Of a stretch of DNA of 64,000 nucleotides, positions 37,438 through 51,726 are shown in pieces. The notes under the pieces are model-generated. The model was not told where the DNA came from. It saw nothing but the letters and a program-made list of their open reading frames with translations, and did not search any database. Each line of letters opens with the position of its first letter. The first letter of the stretch is position 1. Source of the DNA: Centroscyllium fabricii (Eukaryota); the NCBI GenBank assembly GCA_051313645.2, contig JBNRSN020000033.1:39246001-39310000 (forward strand). The letters are read 5' to 3'. Both the position numbers and the translations under genes were made by a program.

Positions 37438-37684
37438 CACTGTGCTTACATTGCACGCCATGCTTGGCCCAGGCAGACAGAAATCTGACCTAATGGACTC
37501 CACAGAAACTCCCCAAGATGAATGGTACAGTTCATAGCTCTTCTTCAATGCAACTACATGGATCTAACCTCATTGCTCGGTAGAGTGTCGTCTCATCACT
37601 CAAGCTTTGTATGTGGTGGGTGTAAATAACTTTGAGCTTCACTCAATATCTGCGATGGCACCAGAACCTTTATTCGAACGCATT

Positions 37685-38172
37685 AAAAAAAAATATTTTA
37701 AGGGATGTGGGCGTCGTTGGCAAGGCCGGCATTTACTGCCCATCCCGAGTTGCCCTTGAGAAGGTGAGTCGTCTTCTTGAACCGCTGCAGTCTGTGTGGT
37801 TAAGTTGCTCCCACAGAGCTGTTAGGGAGAGAGTTCCAGGATTTGACCCAGCGACGATGAAGGATCGGCGATATATTTCCAAGTCAGGATGGTGTGTGAC
37901 TCGGAGGGGAACTTGGAGGTGGTGGTGTCCCCATGCACCTGCTGCCCTTGTCCTTCTAGGTGGAAGAGGTCGCGGGTTTGTGAGGTGCTGCCGAAGAAGC
38001 CTTGGTGAGTTGCGGCAGTGGATCTTGTAGATGGTACACACTGTAACCACGGTGCGCCGGTGGTGGAGGGAGTGAATGTTTAAGGTGATGGATGGGGTGC
38101 CAATCAAGCGGGCTGCTTTATCCTGGATGGTGTTGAGCTTCTTGAGTGTTGTTGGAGCTGCACTCATCCAGG
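37685..38172 (-). mobile_element. CR1/L2-group LINE 3' fragment
   Basis: SAAPTTLKKLNTIQDKAARLIG...IHSLHHRR RT C-terminus and A-rich tail. Confidence 0.75.
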
Positions 38173-38199
38173 CATTGCCATGTAGTCACCACGGATTTA

Positions 38200-38594
38200 A
38201 ACATAGAAACATAGAAACTAGGAGCAGGAGTAGGCCATTCGGCCCTTCGAGCCTGCTCTGCCATTCAATGAGATCATGGCTGATCATCCAAACCCAGCAC
38301 CCCGCCCCTGCCCTCTCCCCATATCCCTCGATCCCGCATCGACACATATCCCACCCTATCCCCATAACCCCACATATTTAATCCCCCTAACACTAAGGGT
38401 CAATTTATCCTGGCCAAACAACCTAACCCGCATATCTTTGGACTGTGGGAGGAAACCGGAGCACCCGGAGGAAACCCACGCAGACACGGGCAGAATGTGC
38501 AAACTCCACACAGATAGTACCTGAGGCTGGATTTGAACCCAGGTCTCCAGTGCTGTGAAACAACAATGCTAACCACTATGCCACTGTGCCGCCC
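38200..38594 (-). mobile_element. V-SINE (HE1-like)
   Basis: Full head, V-domain and tail. Confidence 0.9.
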
Positions 38595-38749
38595 TTAGTA
38601 CGAAACAATGAGTATCAGGTGATTCAAGGCAGTAATATCAATGCTGCCACTTCTTGATGGGTCTGTTTCATTATCCGAGCCCTCAGATGAATTGCCAAAC
38701 ACCTGAGCATAGAACATCTGATTGATCCTTCCTTCCTGTTCCTGCTTCC

Positions 38750-39800
38750 CATAGAGTCATAGTGCTATACAGCACAGAAAGAGGCCCTTCGGCCCATCGT
38801 GTCTGCGCCGGCCATCAAGCCCTGTCTATTCTAATCCCATTTTCCAGCACTTGGTCCGTAGCCTTGTATGTTGTGGCATTTCAAATGCTCATCTAAATGC
38901 TTCTTGAATGTTGTGAGGGTTCCTGCCTCCACCACCCTTTCAGGCAGTGAGTTCCAGATTCCAACCACCCACTGGGTGAAAAAGTTCTTCCTCAAATTCC
39001 CTCTAAACCTCCTGCCCCTTACCTTGAAACTATGTCCCCTGGTTATTGATCCCTCTACTAAGGGGAAAAGTTCCTTTCTATCTACCCTATCTATGCCCCT
39101 CATAATTTTGTACACCCCAATCAGGTCCCCCCTCAGCCTTCTCTGCTCCAAGGAAAACAACCCCAGCCTCTCCAGTCTCTTTTCATAGCTGAAGCGCTCC
39201 AGCCCAGGATACATCCTGGTGAATCTCCTCTGCACCCTCTCCAAAGCAATCACATCCTTCCTATAGTGTGGCGACCAGAACTGCACACAGTACTCCAGCT
39301 GTGGCCTTACCAGCGTTTTGTACAGCTCCATCATAACCTCCCTGCTCTTATATTCTATGCCTCGGCTAATGAAGGCAAGTATCCCATATGCCTTTTTAAC
39401 CACCTTATCCACCTGTCCTGCTGCCTTCAGGGATTATGTACATGCACACCAAGGTCCCTCTGATCCTCTGTCTTTCCAAGGGTCTTACCATTCATTGTGT
39501 ATTCCCTTGCCTTGTTAGTCCTTCCAAAATGCATCACCTCACACTTTTCAGGGTTAAATTCCATTTGCCACTGACCAACCCGTCTATATCGTCCTGCACA
39601 CTGAGGCTTCCCTCCTCGCTATCTACCACCCCACCAATTTTCGTATCATCTGCGAACTTACTGATCATACCTTTTACATTCATATCCAAATCATTAACGT
39701 AGACTACAAACAGCAAGGGACCCAGCACCGATCCCTGTGGTACCCCACTGGACACAGGCTTCCAATCACAAAAACAACCTTCGACCATCGACCTCTGCAT
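38750..39800 (-). mobile_element. CR1 LINE RT fragment
   Basis: [14 protein letters not shown]; ORF 38831-39412. Confidence 0.9.
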
Positions 39801-40394
39801 TCATCCCTTCCTCTCTTTGTAAGAACTATTTGCTACAACTTCTGCTGTAACTTAGAAGTTGACCACATTTTATGTACCATCAAGCTTCCCGAGGCCAAGA
39901 GACAGGTTGCTGAAAGAGCTTTTGCAAAAATAAAAGATGGTATGGTTGGAAGCTGTGAAAGCTGCCAATTGTCTTTGAACACTTAAGGAAAACAAACCTT
40001 GGAGGTTCTGTGGGAAGAGAATTTTGAGCTGTTGAATCAGAAACAGAAACAGCTTCAGACTATGGAATGTAACCAGCCTTCAAACCTACGGATGCTTAAT
40101 GGACTATGGATAAGAGGAAGAGAAAAACAACTACTGACTATTCTTTGTGTAAGTTTGTGACACGTAAGCTGCGGCAGGGTTGCCAGGTTTTACGGTATCA
40201 AAGACGCTGTAAGAACACCCTCACGGCGGCAGCCGGGCAACCCAGTCAGTTGTCAGAAATCATACGTCTAGACATCGCCGAGTTGACCAATCGCTGGTGT
40301 TGGTACGTATGTGATGTTTTTCTCGAACTTAAAGTAAAGGAATAGCTCTGTGAGTATACTAATGTATAATTGGGAATTGTCATACGCTACATAG

Positions 40395-42672
40395 AAGCAT
40401 ATAATCATAGAAACATAGAAGATAGGAGCAGGAGTCGGCCATTCGGCCCCTCGAGCCTGTTCCCCCATTTAATGAGATCATGGCTGATCATCCAAACTCA
40501 GTACCCTGTCCCTGCCTTCTCCCCATATCCCTTGATCCCTTTAGCCTTAAGAAATATATCTAACTCCTTCTTGAATATATTTAATGAATTGGCCTCAACT
40601 ACATTCTGTGGTAGAGAATTCCACAGGTTCACCACTCTCTGGGTGAAGAAATTCCTCCTCATCTCTGTCCTAAATGGCTTACCGCTTACCCTTAGACTGT
40701 GACCCCTGGTTCTGGACTCCCCGACCATCGGGAACATCCTTCCTTCATCCAGTAACATCCCCTCTTATTCAAGCACTCCTCACAGCTCACCCCTTTAGAC
40801 AATCATTTCAGTCCAGAGCATTCCATGACTTATATACTGCTAACATTGCGGTCATGTTGAAAACAGGCTGGGTTGGCTGAAGTTGGTCAGATATATAAAT
40901 TAATTGGAAAAGTAATTGCCTGAATCCATGCAACAGGCTCTTAATGCAGTTAGGCCCCCAAAAAAACCATCTTATTCCATAGAAACATAGAAGATAGGAG
41001 CAGGAGTAGGCCATTCGGCCCCTCGAGCCTGCTCCGTCATTCGATGAGGTCATGACTGATCATCCAAACTCAGTACCCTGTACCTGCCTTCTCCCCATAT
41101 CGGTTGATACCTTTAGCTCTAAGAACTATATCTAACTCCTTCTTGAATATATTTAATGACCTGGCCTCAAATACATTCTGTGGTAGAGAATTCCACAGGT
41201 TCACCACTCTCTGGGTGAAGAAATTCTTCCTCATCTCTGTCCTAAATGGCTCACCCCTTATCCTTAGACTGTGAACCCTGGTTCTGGACTCTCCGACCAT
41301 TGACGTATCGTCAATTGTCTTAATAAAAGACTACACGAGTAGTGACCTTAACTATAGGCTTTTATTAACTTACTTTGGAGCTACCCTCCGAACGAACATC
41401 AGAACAGAATGAGGGAGCCCCGGTCAGTCCTCACCTATAAAGGCCTCACCTGGGGGAGGAGTTAGAGGTGTGGCTGACCTGGCTCCACGACAGTGTTACA
41501 AAGCGGTGTATCATACAAAGCCAATGTTGGCGACAATATTACAGTGGTAATCGTATATACAATATGGGTTACCACAACCATTGGGAACATTCTTCCTGCA
41601 TCTAGTTTGTCCAGAACTGTCAGAATTTTATAAGTTTCAATGAGATCCCCTCTCATTCTTCTAAACTCCAGCGAGTATAAGCCTAATCGACCCAATCTCT
41701 CCTCATACGTTATTCCTGCCATCCCAGGTATCAGTCTTGTGAACCTTCGCTGAACCCCTTCCATGGCAAGAACATCCTTTCTCAGATAAGGCGACCAAAA
41801 CTGCACACATTACTCAAGGTGTGGTCTCACCAAGGCCCTGTACAACTGCAGCAGGACATCCTTGTTCCTGTACTCAAACCCTTTCGCTATGAATGCCAAC
41901 ATTCTATTTGCCTTCTTCACCACCTGCTGCACCTGCATGCCCTACCTTTAGTGACCGGTGCACAAGAACACCCAGGTCTCGTTGCACTTCCCTGTCTCCC
42001 AATCTATTTCCATTCAGATAATAGTCTGCCTTTCTGTTTTTGACACCAAAGTGGATAACCTCGCATTTATCCACGTTATATTGCATCTGCCACGCTTCTG
42101 CCTAATCACCGAACCTGTCCAAATCATCCTGGAGTTTCTTGGTATCCTCCTCGCAGCACACACGCCCACCCAGCTTTGTGTCGTCTGCAAACTTGGAGAT
42201 ATTACATCTAGTAATGATTACGGGGAACGCTTGTAGAAACATAGAAACATAGAAGATAGGAGCAGGAGTAGGCCATTCGGCCCCTCAAGCCTGCTCCGCC
42301 ATTCAATGAGATCATGGCTGATCATCCGAATTCAGTACCCTGTCCCTGCCTTCTCCCCATATCCCTTGATCCCTTTAGGCTTAAGGAATATATCCAATTC
42401 TTTCTTGAATATATTTAATGGGTTGGCCTCCACCGCCCTCTGTGGTAGAGAATTCCACAGGTTCACCACTCTCTGGGTGAAGAAATTCCTCCTCATCTCG
42501 GTCTTAAATGGTTTACCCCTTATCCTTAGACTGTGACCCCTGGTTCTGGACTCCCCGGCCATTGGGAACATCCTTCCTGCATCCAGTCTGTCCAGCCCTG
42601 ACAGAATTTTATAGGTTTCGATGAGATCCCCTCTCAATCTTCTAAACTCCAGTGAGTATAAGCCCAATCGAC
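40395..42672 (-). mobile_element. Three CR1 3' fragments (about 40395-40752, 40978-42210, 42235-42672)
   Basis: Repeated RTRGHSLRIRG...FFTQRVVNLWNSLP, each with its own tail. Confidence 0.88.
41301..41576 (-). mobile_element. Solo LTR inside CR1
   Basis: Minus strand TGTGGTAACC...CGTCA, TATA-like and AATAAA motifs, TSD ACCAT. Confidence 0.85.
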
Positions 42673-43256
42673 ACTTGTTTGTCGCGTATCAGGAATCGTC
42701 TGGGACATATGACAAAGGAATGCAGGGGTCCAAACCAAAACCGACCAGTGTGTGGTAACTGTGGCAAGACAGGACACCCCACCAATAGGTGTTGGAATAA
42801 GAAAGAGATTCTAGCACCAGTGGGACCCCTGAGCTGTACCAAAACTTTCTGAAATACGTGAAGCAACAAGGGGACAACCAATGACTCGCAGCGGCCCCCG
42901 CGAGGGGGGAGGAGGAGGAGAACCCCGAGTCTACATACCAGCACTGTTCGGGGGCCGGCAGCGTGATATAGAGTCATAGGCCAAAAACTTGTTCAGCGCA
43001 CGTTTTGCGGTGCTAACCTCGGCGCAGCGCTAAAATTAGCGCCAGGTGCAAATTAGCGCCGGAGCCCCTGATTTTTGCTTTAGCGCTGGCCTTGCAGATT
43101 GCAGCGCTAAATCAAGCGTTGCACGGGTGCAAACGGCCCATATTCAGGTGCTAAGTGGCGAGCGCGGGCGCAGCGCTCCATCTGCCACTCCTGGGCTTCC
43201 CAGCAACGCCGGCGCCGGTCAGCTCTTAAAGGGGGAGGGGAAACAGAATATGATAT

Positions 43257-46200
43257 TGTGGCGGCACGCCCACTGGGACATCGAATCCGCCACGGGAACT
43301 CCGCGGAGCAAAGCCCCGCTCATCCGGGTGACGCGATGACGTCACCAACCGCGGGACTGTTTAAATATGCCTGTTGCGAGTGGTTCACTCTCTTTCTTAT
43401 TTAGCTCTAGTGCATTAAAGTTGTGTTTTCTCTAGCTCTCTGGCTCACGTGTGGTTCCTAGGCCTTGCCGGCGCTACAGTGGTGACCCCGAATTGGAACG
43501 ACTTCCAAAGAAGAAAAGCTGCCGCAGGATCTGGGACCACCAGCCAAAGAACTTTTTAAACGGAAAACATGGCAAGAGCAAGGAACCTTGCTCCACGAAC
43601 GCAAGGACTTGGCCAGAACTTCGGACATGGACTAACTCTACCCGAGTTCTGGGAGCAACGGCCAGCGGCCTGGTTTATGTGCATCGAGACCAGCTGCCGC
43701 ACACATGGCATCAAGGGGGCCGACCGCTACGACTTGGTGTTCTCAGCCCTACCGCAATCGACGATCGATCGGATGTGGTCAAAAATACAGCGTGTGCCCA
43801 CTACAGGCAGGTACGAATCTCTTAAGGCCGCGCTCATATTTTTTTTTACCCCCTCTCAATTTGAGCGCGACTGCCAGCTCCTTGACCTCCCCGAACTCGG
43901 GGACACGGACCCATCGGACCTCTTAGGTCAGATGCAAGCACTTACACCCAATCCCGCCTCCCTGTTCCGCACTGTCTTCCTCCTTAAACTGCCCCGCTCC
44001 ATCAGACCGGCCTTGGCGGCCCTTGGCCAACGGAGCGAAGACGAGCTCGCAGAGGAAGCCGACAGGCTGATGGAGGCGCAGCGCACCCGCTCGATCACGT
44101 GCGACCCTAACTCCGCATCGGTAGAGTGCAGCCAATCACCCCCCAGGCCCAACTTTACGCCTGAACCTAGGGCCCCGCGCCCACCTAAACAACCGCGTCC
44201 CTCTAGCACCGGCTGGTGCTACTACCACACGCGGTTCGATAACAAAGCGCACCGCTGCGTCCAGCCATGCGCGTTCAAGCCACGGCCCAACTCAGCCCCC
44301 ACCATGTCTGTAGGCCACACAGGAGCACTGCTCTTTGTTACAGACAGAGGCACAGGCCTCAGGTTCCTCTGCGACACAGGCGCGCAGCACAGCATCGTGC
44401 CAGCCTCCCCTGCAGAAACCAAACAAGGCACCCGGGGCCCGCCACTAGCAGCAGCCAACGGCTCCAGTATTCAAACGTACGGCACCCGCAAGCTTACTAT
44501 TACACTTGCAAGCCACACGTACACCTGGGATTTCGTCACAGCCCAGGTCACCTCACCCATCCTCGGGGCAGATTTCCTCTGCGCCTACGGCCTACTGGTC
44601 GATGTGACCCGGCGCCGCTTGGTCAACATAAATAACATGACGACCATCCCATGCTCCACAGGGCCCGCACTCCTGGCCCACGCGGCAGCCCAATGCCGCT
44701 CACGGAACTCAGATGCCTACGGCACACTACTTGCAGAGTTCCCCGCCCTAACCAACCCCACGTTCACCGCCCGCCAGGCCAAACACGGGGTGGAACACTT
44801 TATAACGACCACAGGCCCTCCCGTCCATGCCCACGCCCGTAGGCTCGACCCGGCCAAGCAGGAGATCGCGCGCACCGAGTTCCGCACCATGGAGCAACTC
44901 AGCATTATCCGCCGCTCCAACAGCCCCTGGGCCTCCCCTCTCCACATAGCCCCCAAGCCAGACGGGGGTTGGCGCCCCTGCGGCGACTACCGCCGACTAA
45001 ACAACGCCACTACCCCGGATAGGTACCCCGTACCCCACATCCAGGATTTTTCCGCCAGATTAGCGGGCTGTACGATCTTTTCCAAGATCGACCTGGTGCG
45101 TGGCTACCACCAGGTTCCCGTGCACCCGGCGGACATCCCTAAAATGGCCGTTATCACACCCTTCGGGCTCTTCGAGTTCCTCAGGATGCCCTTCGGCCTT
45201 AAAAACGCGGCCCAGGCCTTCCAGCGCCTCATGGACTCGGTCCTACGGGACTTGAAGTTAATTTTCGTCTATTTAGACGACATCCTCGTGGCCAGCACCT
45301 CCCCCCAGGAACACCTCCTGCACCTCAGGACCCTGTTCCAGCGCCTGGCCGAACACAGCCTCATCTTAAGCCCCACCAAGTGCAAATTCGGCCTCGATAC
45401 TATTGACTTCCTCGGCCACCGCATTTCCCAAACAGGGGCCATACCCCTACCCTCCAAGGTGCAGGCGGTACAGGAATTCCCCCGCCCGCACTCCATTAAA
45501 GGGCTGCAGTAATTACTAGGCATGGTTAATTTTTATAACCGCTTTATCCCGGGAGCAGCCGCTCTCATGGCCCCCTTATACCAGGCCACCCGCGGGCAGT
45601 CCAACAAGGCTGCGGTCGAGTGGACGGCCGACGCCGCCACCGCCTTCACCGCAACTAAAACCGCCCTGGCAAATGCCACCCTCCTAGCCCACCCTAGGCC
45701 CAACGCCAGAGTAGCCCTCACCACCGACGCCTCCGACCATGCGGTCGGGGCCGTATTTGAGCAGTGGACCGGCAACTCGTGGCAGCCCCTGGCCTTTTTC
45801 AGCCGGCAACTCCGGCCCCCAGAGGTTAAATACAGCGCCTTCGATAGGGAGCTCCTCGCTCTCCATCTGGCAGTGCGACACTTTTGTTTCCTCTTGGAGG
45901 GCCGCCACTTCACAGCCTTCGTTGACCATAAGCCACTCATGTTTGCGATGGCTAAGGTCGCCGAACCCTGGTCGGCCAGGCAGCAGCGCCAACTCGCGGC
46001 CGTGTCGGAATTTACAACCGACATCCAACACATATCCGGCCACGACAACGTGGTCGCTGACTGCCTCTCACGCCCCACCATTAACGCCGCCCAAATGGCG
46101 GTCGATTACGCCCAGCTGGCCGCAGACCAGCTGGCCGACCCCGACCTGCTCAACGCAGCAGCAAATCTCCCCGGCCTCCACTTGGCCAATATCGTGCACG

Positions 46201-47673
46201 GCCCCGCTGCCACCGTCGTCTGCTGCGACATATCCCTGCCGCAGCCCAGGCCCGTCGTACCCCACGCTTGGAGGCGACACATATTCAGGACCCTCCATGA
46301 CCTGTCCCACCCCGGCACCCGCGCGTCCATCAAATTAATCTCGGCCCGGTTCGTATGGCGCGGCCTGCGCAAGGACGTTCGCGCCTGGGCCAGCTCCTGC
46401 ATTGCCTGCCAGCGCTCCAAAGTGCATAAGCACATCAGGGCACCGCTGGAGACTTTTAAAGTGCCGGCCAGACGCTTTGACCACGTCCATATCGATCTCG
46501 TCGGGCCACTACCGCCATCTCTGGGCCACACGCACCTAATGACCATGGTCGACCGCAACACTCGCTGGCCAGAAGCAGTCCCCCTCACCGCCACCGGCAC
46601 CACGGACTTGGCCAGGGCGTTCATCGCCACCTGGGTCGCCCGCGTCGGCGTGCCCAGAGACATCACCTCCGACAGAGGACCCCAGTTTACGTCGGCATTA
46701 TGGGCGGCCATCGCCCGCGACCTCGGGGTGACACTACATCGAACCACCGCATACCACCCACAAGCGAACGGGCTTTGCGAACGGTTCCACCGCTCAATGA
46801 AGGCATCACTACGAGCCACACTCAAGGACGCGTCGTGGACCGACCGCCTTCCATGGGTTCTCCTCGGGCTGCGCTCGGCAGTCAAGGAAGACCTAAACGC
46901 CTCGGCAGCAGAACTCGTCTACGGCCAAACATTAACAGTGCCGGGCGAGTTCCTAGCTGAGCCCAACGCTCCCTGGTCAGCCGACCAGTATTTAAAAGAC
47001 TTCGGCAACCTGGCACGAGCTTTCCAGCCACTACCAGTGGCCCGGCATGGAGAGCCGGCAGCTCGGGTGCCGGACGGCATCAAAAACGCTAAATTCGTGT
47101 TCGTCCGGCGCGACGGACACCGATCTCCACTACAGCCACCGTACGATGGCCCCTACAGAGTGCTTCGGGCGGGAGCTAAAGCTTTTGAACTACACATGGG
47201 CAATAGAACTGAAACGGTGACAAGCCGGCACACGTTATAGCGGGTGAGACAACGGTCCCCGCACAACCACCACAACGCGGTCGCCCTCCTGCAACAAAAC
47301 CCGCCCACACTCCACCGCAGAACCAGAAGCAACATGCAACACGGTCCGGCTGCATCATCGGGCCACCCCAACAGCACACATAGACTCTGTTACTATTCCT
47401 TCCGGACGGATTCTGGGGGGAGCTGTGTGGCGGCACGCCCACTGGGACATCGAATCCGCCACGGGAACTCCGCGGAGCAAAGCCCCGCTGATCCGGGTGA
47501 CGTGACGACGTCACCACGTCTGCCGACGCGATGACGTCACCAACCGCAGGACTGTTTAAATATGCCTGTTGCGAGTGGTTCACTCTCTTTCTTGTTTAGC
47601 TCTAGTGCATTAAAGTTGCGTTTTCTCTAGCTCTCTGGCTCACGTGTGGTTCCTAGGCCTTGCCGGCGCTACA
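43257..47673 (+). mobile_element. Near-intact CsRn1-like Gypsy LTR retrotransposon
   Basis: LTRs 43257-43478 and 47426-47673, TSD ATAT, PBS TGGTGACCCCGA (tRNA-Trp), PPT GGGGGGAG, CHCC gag motif. Confidence 0.95.
43569..47240 (+). pseudogene. Single gag-pol ORF with one in-frame stop (45510-45512) and a terminal frameshift
   Basis: [18 protein letters not shown]; LCDTGA; [12 protein letters not shown]; TDAS, DHKPL; HIDLVGP, TSDRG, ERFHR; YDGPY. Confidence 0.92.
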
Positions 47674-48354
47674 ATATCTCCTAAGCTGCCTCTCTCTCTC
47701 TGTATCTCTCCAAACCTCCCTCTGTCTGTCCTTCTCTGTATCTCTCCTAACCTCCCTGTGTCTGTCTCCGATCTCCCCTCACCTCCCTCTGTCTGTCTCT
47801 GTATCTCTCCTCACCTCCCTCTCTCTCTCTCTGTATCTCCCCTCACCTCCCTCTGTCTCCGATCTCCCCTCACCTCCCTCTGTCTCTCTCTGTATCTCCC
47901 CTCACCACCCTCTGTCTGTCTCCGATCTCCCCTCACCTCCCTCTCTCTCTCTCTCTCTCTCTATCTCTCCTCACCTCCTTCTGTCTGTCTCTGATCTCCC
48001 ACAAAATGGCCACTACACGAAAGGGAGGAAGTGTCTCCCTTTAACGAACGCCCCAGCGGCCCCACATCACCTCAGCTGCGTTTGTGAAACCTGGCACGTG
48101 CAGCGCTGGGCGTCAGTTAGGCGGCCGCTCGTCAATTTCGGGTGCAGCCCTGGGGGCGGGCATTGCACCAGGATGTCGGCAAGGATTCAGACGCACCAAG
48201 TAGCGCGCTAACAGTTAGCGCCGGCGCTAATCGCTTGGTTAATTTTGGGCGTGGCGCCAAATTTTTAGCGCTTGGCGCTAAAACATCTAGCGCCCATTTT
48301 CAGGTGCTAATCGGTTGGCGTTAGAGCGCCAATTTTTCGGCCATTGAGTCTATG

Positions 48355-49588
48355 GGCGAAAAATTCATCAGCGCACGGATTGGGCGCTAAATTTGCCGAT
48401 GTGCTAAAATTTAGCGCCTGCGCTAAATTAGCGCTGAGGCGGCCGATATTGGCGCTAGCGCCGCCATTGCAGAATTCGGCGCTAATTCACGTCTGCACGG
48501 CTTCCAGGCGGCCCATATGCTGCCGCTAATTGCCGTTCCCGGGTGCAGCGCTCCCTCACTCACTGTTTGCTTCCCCATGACCTCTGCAGCCGATTAGGCC
48601 TTAAAGGGGAAGCAGAGCAGCATTTTTTCCTCCCCGCTCTCTGATCATCTGCTAACCGCGGGCCATCAGCAGTCGCGGCCATCCCTCCCCCCCTCCGTGC
48701 TCTCCGATCAGCAGTCGCGGCCATCCCCTCCCCCCTCCCCGCTCTCCGATCAAAAGTCGCGGCCATCCCTCCCCCCTCCCCGCTGTCCGATTAGCAGTCG
48801 CGGCCATCCCCTCCCCCCTCCCCGCTGTCCGATTAGCAGTCGCGGCCATCCCCTCCCCCCCTCCGTGCTCTCCGATCAGCAGTCGCGGCCATCCCCTCCC
48901 CCCTCCCCCGCTCTCCGATTAGAAGTCGCGGCCATCCCTCCCCCCCTCCCCGCTCTCCGATTAGCAGTCGCGGCCATCCCTCCCCGCTCTCCAATCTCCG
49001 ATCAGCAGTCGCGGCCATCCCTCCCCCCCTCCCTGCTCTCCGATTAGCAGTCGCGGCCATCCCTCCCCCCCTCCCCGCTCTCCAATCTCCGATCAGCAGT
49101 CGCGGCCATCCCTCCCCCCCTCCCCCTCTCCCCCTCTCCCCCCTCCCCACTCTCCGATCAGCAGTCGCGGCCATCCCTCCCCCCTTCTCCCCTCCCCGCT
49201 CTCCGATTAGCAGCCGATCTCCTCCCCTCCTCCCCGCTCTCCGATCAACCGGCCCATTGGGACGCCTCCCCCGCTCTCTGAGCAACTGGCCGATCTCGGG
49301 CTGAAGAGGGAGGGTGGCCCTTTTAGTAGCGCGGCAGCGGCCACTCAAACCCACTGCAGCGCTTGCAAAAGCTGGCGGTGATAGCGCAGGGGGCGGTGGA
49401 AAGGCGCTAAACCCAATATCGGGCGCAGCCCGCCGGGCGGGCATTGCACACGCATTTTCATGATGATCGGTAATTGCCAGGTAGCACAGCACTAACATTT
49501 AGCGCCGGCGCTAACCTCTAGGCCAATTTAACGCCCGGCGCGATTTTCGGTGCTAATGGGCCGGTGCTAAGGCTCCAATTTCGTGGCC
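48355..49588. mobile_element. GC-rich MITE (family B related) with internal minisatellite
   Basis: GGGCGAAAAATT...AATTTCGTGGCC ends; GGCGCTAA motifs. Confidence 0.65.
48660..49245. repeat. About 41-bp C-rich minisatellite
   Basis: Unit approximately CTCTCCGATCAGCAGTCGCGGCCATCCCTCCCCCCCTCCCCG, roughly a dozen copies. Confidence 0.9.
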
Positions 49589-49962
49589 ATAGAGTTATAC
49601 AGCACAGAAAGAGGCCCTTTGGCCCATCGTGTCCGCGCCGGCCATCAAGCCCTGACTATTCTAATCCCATTTTCCAGCACTTGGTCCGTAGCCTTGTATG
49701 CGATGGCGTTTCAAGTGCTCACCTAAATGCTTCTTGAATGTTGTGAGGGTTCCTGCCTCTCCCACCCTTTCAGGCAGTGAGTTCCAGATTCCAACCACCC
49801 TCTGGGTGAAAAAGTTCCTCCTCAAATCCCCTCTAAACCTCCTGCCCCTTAACGTGAAACTATGCCCCCTGGTTATTGACCCCTCTACTAAGGGGAAAAG
49901 TTCCTTTCTATCTACCCTATCTATGCCCCTCATAATTTTGTGCACCTCAATCAGGTCCCCCC
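49589..49962 (-). mobile_element. CR1 3' fragment inserted in the ERV
   Basis: RGDLIEVHKIMRGIDRVDRKELFPL...GYGPSAGKWD. Confidence 0.88.
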
Positions 49963-50150
49963 TGTTAGTGGATATGTTAGTGGACACGGGAACCTCCGTA
50001 TCCATCACTGATTTACCTCCTCCCCTCACCAAACATCGAGTAGCAATGGTTGGGTTAGGGGGAGAACGGGTACCTGCTGCATACAGAAGGTCAGGTACAG
50101 GTATTGGAAATAGTGGGACGACTGCTACCCGCACAATTTTACATATGTCC

Positions 50151-50477
50151 CAGGACATATTGGCCCGGGACCTCTCTGCGTGGAGTTTGCATGTTCTCCC
50201 TGTGTTTGTGTGGGTTTCCTCCGGGTACTCCGGTTTCCCCCCACCACCCAAAGACATGCAGGTTAGGTGAATTGGAGATACTAAAAAAAAAAATTGCCCA
50301 TGAGTATGTGTGTGAGATATAGTTCTTAGAGTTGGGGGTGTCGGGGGATATGGGGAGAGGGTAGGAGGGGGGGTACTGGGTTTGGATGATCAGCCATGGT
50401 CTCATCAAAAATGACGGAGCAGGCTCGAAGGGCCGAATGGCCTACTCCTGCTCCTATCTTCTGTGTTTCTGTGTTTC
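50151..50477 (+). mobile_element. Variant V-SINE inside the ERV protease, TSD TGTCC
   Basis: TGTCC at 50146-50150 and 50478-50482. Confidence 0.85.
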
Positions 50478-51378
50478 TGTCCAAATAATGGAGGGACCAT
50501 ATTGGGAATAGATTTATTAAAGGAATTTAACTTGTTAATATACTCAAGACAGGGAAAATTAGCTTGGAAACAGGAGGATGGGAATAAGGCTGAGTGGGGA
50601 CAACCACTCCGCCATCTAGCGACCGTGGGGTGTGCGGAGTTAGTGGCCTGGGATTGGAAGGACGGGAAAGTGATAGCACCTGCCTGGATTTGACAATTGT
50701 GCTTAGAACTACATCATGGGAATGCACGTACGGGCAGGGGATCAATGATTGAGTTAATAGGCAAGGAATGGTGGTGGCCGGGATTTGGGAGAGATGTGGC
50801 AAAGTATTGTCAAAGATGCGTTACCCGTGCACAGTACAATCCCGGCCGGCCAATCAAGATACGACTGGCCAATCAGCCAAAACCAAGGGGTCCCTGGGAA
50901 AATATACAGATAGATTTCACCGGACCCCTCCCTGCTTCGCGGGGTAAGAAGTATTGTCTGGTGATAATAGATCAATTTACCAGATGGGTTGAAGCGTTCC
51001 CCACTCGAGATTGTACTGCCACCACCGTGGCACGGATAATGGCTGAAGAAATAGTCCCTAGGTGGGGAATACCGATCCAAACTGATTCAGATCAAGGGAC
51101 TCATTTCACGGGAGCCGGAGTAAAGCAGATGCGTAAATGGATGGGAATTAAGCAAAAACTCCACCTCCCGTACCATCCTCAGAGCTCCGGAATGGTGGAA
51201 AGAATGAATCGAACTTTGAAAACTGCCTTGGCTAAGGCATTAGGGGAGATGCATCAACACTGGGTAGATGTTTTGCCAACATTCCTAATGAAATTAAGAG
51301 CCACCCCAAATCAGACCACAGGATTGTCACCGTATGAGTTAATGACAGGCAGAGCAATGCAGCTTCCCCGTGGTGTTA

Positions 51379-51726
51379 CAGGTCCAGCATCGTTAATCCG
51401 GACACCGGTAATCCGGAAACTTCAGTCGTCCGGAACGAATCCAGCCAACTGGTCTGCACATGCACAAAATGGCCGCCGTGCTTGGCTGCGCATGCGCAAT
51501 ATGGCCGCCGCGCTTGACTGAACATGTGCAATATGGCTGCCGCGATTGGCTGCACATGCCCGGGCCTCTCCCCGAACGATTGATGCTTCGGCGAGCGCAT
51601 GCGCAGACCATTCAAAATGGCCACTGGCCTTCGCGGTGGCCATTTTGAATGGTCTGCGCATGTGCTCGCCGAAGCTTCAATCATTCGGATTTTTCACTAA
51701 TCCGGACCCTTAAAGGACAAACTCTG
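51379..51726. mobile_element. Tc1/mariner-like MITE inside the ERV integrase
   Basis: TA-CAG...CTG-TA ends; inverted homologue of 5810-6122. Confidence 0.75.

Larger units (their letters stand above)
42979..48343. mobile_element. MITE family B with Gypsy insertion and internal CT-rich tandem (about 47680-48000)
   Basis: GGCCAAAAACTTG...CAATTTTTCGGCC ends; homologous to 52292-53414. Confidence 0.75.

Noticed and set aside
39850-40155. Unique purine-rich stretch ending in GTAAGT, a possible antisense exon
   Set aside because: No sustained open frame or recognisable protein; a donor motif alone is insufficient
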